Assembly: GCA_951406725.2 (NCBI GenBank)
Contig: OX597842.1
Location: 14,818,001-14,882,000, forward strand
Length of the DNA: 64,000 nucleotides
Reading direction: 5' to 3'
Source of the DNA: Octopus vulgaris
Taxonomy: Eukaryota
Shown here: piece by piece, positions 1-64,000 of the stretch
Numbering within the stretch: position 1 is the stretch's first letter
Layout of the letters: the number at the start of each line of letters is the position of its first letter
The notes under the pieces: model-generated
The model's database searches: none
What the model saw: only the letters and a program-made list of their open reading frames with translations
Told to the model about the DNA's origin: nothing
Program-made: the position numbers and the translations under genes

Positions 1-332
1 TTGTTAGACTTATTAAACGGCAGATAATTACGAGATCCGCTTAAATTGCCTGACTCTGAAATTGGGTAAATGAAACATGTAAAATAGTCCGGTATTATGA
101 AACCTATTTTCATTAAAGACGCCATCGGTAAAATGTAGGTTGATATCATAAACCCGATAGGTTTTTAGAAATAAAAAGACATTAGTTATAATTCTACAAA
201 ATTCTTTAAGCTTAAGATTTAGCTGCTCTGTTTGTTACAGTTCAACTGAAAAGTACCCTACATTGTACAGAGTGGGTTCGACTCTTCCTGAGTATTATTT
301 CAGATTAAAGGATTTGTATTATATTGCATTAA

Positions 333-462
333 TCGTTATGACTTCAAATTCCGCCGAAGTCGACTTTGCCTTTCACCCATTCGGGGTCGGCAAATTAAAT
401 ACCAGTTGCGTACTAGGGTCGATCTAATCGATTCACCCTCCCCCAAATTTTCGGTAGAACAG
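333..462 (+). mobile_element. 5'-truncated SINE with 15-bp target-site duplication
   Basis: Body ttcaaattccgccgaagtcgactttgcctttca...ggggtcg...ccagttgcgtactagggtcgatctaatcga resembles a common octopus SINE (from memory). Flanked by attatattgcattaa at 318-332 and 463-477. Confidence 0.7.
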
Positions 463-1012
463 ATTATATTGCATTAAACATTTCAAGTTTCCAGTTTAAA
501 TAAAATATTCCAATACTATATTCGATCGATTCAAGCGAATTCACTTGCTTCTCTACACATTTGTGATTGTCTGAATTAAATAGAAATCCGTATATCTGCA
601 GATGGTGAATATACGATATATATTATTTAGACATTTTTAATTTTCATAATTTTAATTCATAATTAGTCAAAAATTGGCCGAACCTGCAGGCCGTCGAGTT
701 GAATGACACATTGTGGTATCTAATCTAACATTCGGTATTCTGACTTAAAATCTAGCCGAGGACATCCTTACCGTACGGCGGTTTGCGTACTTAAAGAGGC
801 CAGTGGTCTAGACATGGTGTAGAGATGTCGGACTGGGTCTCGTATGGAAATCTTCTAGCTCTTTGTATTTTAAGTTCAAATCCCACTTGTGTTTACTTTC
901 TGCGTTTTGAAGAAGGAGTAGAGCTCATTAATTTCGCTGGTTGTGTGATATGGGTGAGAGTGATGATGGTAATGCTCCGTTTAAAAATGTTACAGATAAA
1001 TTCCCGGAAAAA

Positions 1013-2720
1013 GACGAGAATATGGAGAACATTCCAGAAGCCGATGTTCTGAGGATGAACAACTAAACATAGCGGTTAATATTACTGAAGGAATGTTAAT
1101 AAACAGAGTGGTCTTACTTTGGTTACTTGAGCGTCAAAAAGTGGAAGTTGCTAGGATCGAAATATTTTCTGGTTCTAAAATGAAAAAAAATGTCTTTTAA
1201 ATTCCGTCCTAGATATACACGGGATCTACTTTTTCCTATAGTGTTGTTCTTCTTCAAAAGTGACTTCTTTCATGATCAAAAGAAAACAGAAGAGAATTAT
1301 TTATGGCTGCCAGAATCATTTGATTTTTAGATGTTTTTGTGTGAAAAGGTGTTGGACTTTATTCAAGAGACAACTTTGAATTTCTTGTCAGGCATTTGAT
1401 GATATTCTATCATTTTCTGCAATCCGTTCCAATCTCTGCGACTTTAGCCTCAGCCAATAGATTAAATCTGAGCTGAGATGTTTCGACTACTAAGACTGCC
1501 ATAGCACTGGATGTGATTTGAGCGTGGATCCAGTGACTTGTTGATGAGAAGGGAAAATAGTTTTGGGCTGCATTTGAGCTGTTGGTATCAGTTTCTACTT
1601 GTAGTACCTCAGTATGTGTGAAAGATATGACACAGTGATTAGCATGTCACTGCACGATCATAACGTGATTGGTTCAGTTCTTGAACTAAGCTCGGTGTTT
1701 GGGACGTTGATCAGGATTCATCCAGTCTACTCAGCTGTAAATGTGTACCAGTCAAGTGTTGGATGCGACATATGGGTTAGGTTTAGCGTTGGAGACATAA
1801 AAGAGTATCTATGTCTGCTCGGAAATACATTGGCAACTGAAGCAATTAGTAAAAGCATTAGATATGTTGCCAAGACATACTCGTTCGACTCGCGAATTAA
1901 GGATGGCTATGAATATGTGTGTGCGAATGTGTAAATCTTGAGTGAGTATCTACTATTCGGTAGTTTACCAGGTGGTGGACAATAGAACATTCTTTGAATA
2001 TAGGGATTACGTCAAATAAGGAAATACTTTGTTGGCGCAAACACAGCTGCCCTTTGGCTCAGCGTATCACCCATCTTCCACTCAGTCTACGGTTACAGGC
2101 GAAGCCGTGGGAAACACTATGACAGCGGTGTAGTCTCAGTGAGAAAGTCATCCATTGGCCAATGGTGACAATGATACGAAGCTAGACAAAGGGGCTTCTA
2201 TGTAGTTTCCGAAATGTATTACCGCTAACGCTTTTAGACTTAGCTAACATAGATGTTATGAAGCTACCGAATAATGCAAATGACTTATAACTATAATTAT
2301 TTCTTCAACTGGCATCGATTCTTGCGGGGATAAACAAAGGGCTCAATCGGTTGTGGCCCAAAATATGGCCCATCATTCAAAAAATTAATCAACAGCGCCA
2401 ACCTGAAAACTCGTTATTCCAAAAAATGCAAGAAAACAGAAATAATATCTGCTTTGAATGCCTGAGCTCTAAATTATCATTACTATGTGAATCGGTAGCA
2501 TCATTTATGTATAATTATTATTGTAATTAGGGACATATAACGATCTGGCTATAATTATATATATATATAATAGCATGAAAGTGTAATAAAACTAGGTTTA
2601 ACGAAATGGACCAATAAAGGCAAAACGACTCATGAATTGACTAACGAAAAGTGATAAAAATACAATTATCAAATCTTCCCTACAAGATGATGATCAGCAA
2701 GCCTTTACATCATTTCACAA
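1013..2720. repeat. ~1.7 kb direct repeat, copy 1 (probably a decayed transposable element)
   Basis: Collinear with 5295-6975; ORF-track peptides 1614-1934 and 5875-6204 are homologous. Confidence 0.85.
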
Positions 2721-3272
2721 TCAAAATAAATCTAGTAATTAAAGGGTTGTGAGTGTAGAAAACCTTGTTATGTGTTGTATAGTTGCAAAGGCGAAGATAT
2801 ATAAGGTACAGAGTACAATAAGCCATATTCTGTAAGATAAAAACTATGAAGTCTTAGCTTGCCAGCCGACATCCTAAATATCAAATGTGAGATCTTCACC
2901 ACTTGTCTGCAACCAAGGGCGAAATAAGAACGTTGTATAATTCAAGCACTACGTTAGTCATTGTAAAAGTTGACTTGTTAGAAAAACAATTACTTTAAAG
3001 ATACTTTGAAAATGTGTAGCGTATGTTCTTAAAACATTTACCACAGAAAATATAACTATAAAAGTAAACTGTAATTTAGATTTTTCTTATGTTCTGTGTA
3101 TTTATAATTCTCAGTGAATTAACATTCACAGACAAACTGAGGATTTTTTGCGTCTTGGCATCTTTTATACAACGGTTTACCCAAAATTTCAGGAAATGAT
3201 GAGATGATATCTATTTTAGGTATTAATAATCCCAGGGTAGCTCGGCCTTAGCAGATTGTGTGTACATACATA

Positions 3273-4152
3273 CGAGGGGGTTCCCAAAAGAAACCGTAAT
3301 TTTGAAATATTATGTTATTCACTTAGTTTTACATATATACACTTTTTTTGTGTTCAAAGTATTCTCCATTTTAATCAATGCGTCGTTCCAAGCGCCTTTT
3401 CAGCCCCTGGAATCCGTGTTGGACATATTCCTAAGTGATGCTTTTTAATGCCCCCATCGATTTCTTTCCTCACTTCCACATCTTCAAATTCCGTAGTACC
3501 AGCTTTCGTCACCAGTGATGACCTTCGAAAAAACATTCGGATTACCTCATAACAGTTCTTCTAGCTCACGACACGCATTCAGCCGTGACTATTTTTGACA
3601 TTCAGTGAGCAAACGAGGCACAGATTTTGCTTGATCGCTTTTCATTCACAATTCCTCGCACAAAATCCATTGGCAGGAGCTCCAGGGCAAAACCGACATT
3701 TCAACAAGTTCATCAATTGCTCAGTGACGCTCCTCCAGGATCAGATCATGAATTTTCCCGATGTTCGGCTGGTCGACGGTTGTCATGAATGAGGTTGGTT
3801 TTCAAGCGACAGGTGACCATTCCTAAATCGTGAAAACTTGTGCCTTGCCCATTGCATCATCCTTGTAATGGGATGCATTAAAATTGTTTCATCTGCAGTT
3901 TTCAGCAGCAGTAAACAGAACTTCACAGAAGCACAATGTTCCATCGTTCCAGCCATTGCAAAAAACATACGAACTGAGCAGAAACACGTCAAAACAAAGA
4001 CGAACTACGCGGCAGTACAACACTACCGGAGAACGCCGGTTGGCTGACTGATGCCTGACAGTCGCATCAAGTGGAGTTTAGCGACGGAAATCTGAACTAC
4101 AATGGGTTTGTCTTACAGAGAAGATTTACGGTTACTTTTGTGTATCCCCTCG
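3273..4152 (-). mobile_element. Internally deleted, degenerate mariner (Tc1/mariner) DNA transposon
   Basis: TIRs TA|cgagggggttcccaaaagaaaccgtaa ... ttacggttacttttgtgtatcccctcg|TA with TA duplication. Minus-strand MEHCASVKFCLLLLKTADET...SRFRNGHLSLENQPHS matches a mariner transposase N-terminal HTH. Confidence 0.85.
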
Positions 4153-4765
4153 TATATAGATATGCATATACATACATACACACAGCAACACACACACGTA
4201 TGTAACGAAATAGAATAGGGATTTGAAATCCGAGCAGATACTTTTACCATCCTGAGGAAATCTTGGGCTGATTAACCAACGAATGTATTATGAAGAAAAT
4301 GCTTCAAGAAATCAATTATGAAGATGTGATATTCTTCGATTTTCATGTTCAACTATTGAGTTAACACACATGCGCATAGAGAAACACACATACATACACA
4401 CATGCTTACATACACACGTGCGTGCATAAACACACGCTTGATTGCTTCATGATCATCCCAGGGTAGTGGTCCCCGAAACGTTCTTCGTTCCCATCATCAT
4501 TACCGAGACTGTTCTCCGCAACACTATTCTTTCTCTCAGCCGTCAACATTGTCAGGTTCATCATCAACTTTATTCATTACCATAGACAACCGCAGTTAGT
4601 TGCACAAATTTGAACATCATCATCATCATCATCAATTATCAATTTCAACAGAACCGTAATCAACTCTTCCTGATTTCCATAGTCTAATTCTTTAGTCGAA
4701 ATATGTTAAACACGTCCAAAAACGTGTTCCATAAAGTTTCATCTCAACTCAATTTTATGTTCCAG

Positions 4766-63499
<58,734 letters not shown>

Positions 63500-63673
63500 G
63501 TAAGTTGCAAAAGTCTTGTTGATAACATTTCACTGACGATATATTACTAAACATTTAAAATATTCCCATTTTCTATCACGTCCCGACCTTGGCTTCCTCA
63601 ATATTATCACACTTTCTCGATAGAAATAGGAGAATTTGGAGTCTGTAAATATGATTATTATTATTATTATTAA

Positions 63674-63755
<82 letters not shown>

Positions 63756-64000
63756 TTCATTATTATTATCATCATCATTATTATTATTATTTTTTTTTCT
63801 TCTTATTATCATTATTATCATTATTACTATTATTAGCATTATTATTATTTTTGTTATTATTATTATTGTTATTACATTTATCATTATCATTATAACATCT
63901 TTGTTATCAAACCTACAACCAAATATTCGTCTCTTCTGTTTCATCATCTTATTCATTACTAGGACCATCACATCTTCCACCTGTTCTACCTCCACTTTTA

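Noticed and set aside
1614-1934. 106-aa ORF duplicated at 5875-6204 as a host gene
   Set aside because: Part of a decayed 1.7-kb repeat with indels nearby; no recognisable domain.
2770-2840. Possible upstream exon (tgtatAG...GTAAGA) of the LRR gene
   Set aside because: Stops in most frames and no LRR or cap motif; cannot be supported.

Overview
AT-rich, microsatellite- and transposon-dense eukaryotic DNA. The SINE, Penelope, Tx1-like and Dong repeats and the long (TTC)/(TCA)/(TTA)/(TG) tracts suggest a coleoid cephalopod, probably Octopus (inference). Almost every ORF in the supplied track is a microsatellite artefact or a transposon fragment. The hidden structure is a + strand array of 72-nt, phase-2/phase-2 exons, each encoding exactly one 24-aa typical leucine-rich repeat (xLxxNxIxxIxxxxFxxLxxLxxL). 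I read 19 with intact AG/GTAAG sites and 4 damaged copies between 4766 and 63499. No N-cap, C-cap, transmembrane or start exon is visible, so the gene probably extends beyond both ends of the window. The array has grown by tandem duplication of exon+intron modules: a ~2.5 kb two-exon unit and a ~9.6 kb six-exon block, with breakpoints inside microsatellites. Between the near-identical 9.6 kb copies, changes are concentrated in the exons, are almost all nonsynonymous, and fall on the variable positions of the LxxLxLxxNxL segment. This makes it a candidate rapidly diversifying LRR-cassette receptor locus. The introns carry mariner, hAT-Charlie/Buster, Helitron, Tx1/L1-like, Dong/R4, Ty3/gypsy, SINE and Penelope elements, the last with inverted arms and hammerhead-ribozyme motifs. 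All coordinates and counts were read by eye.
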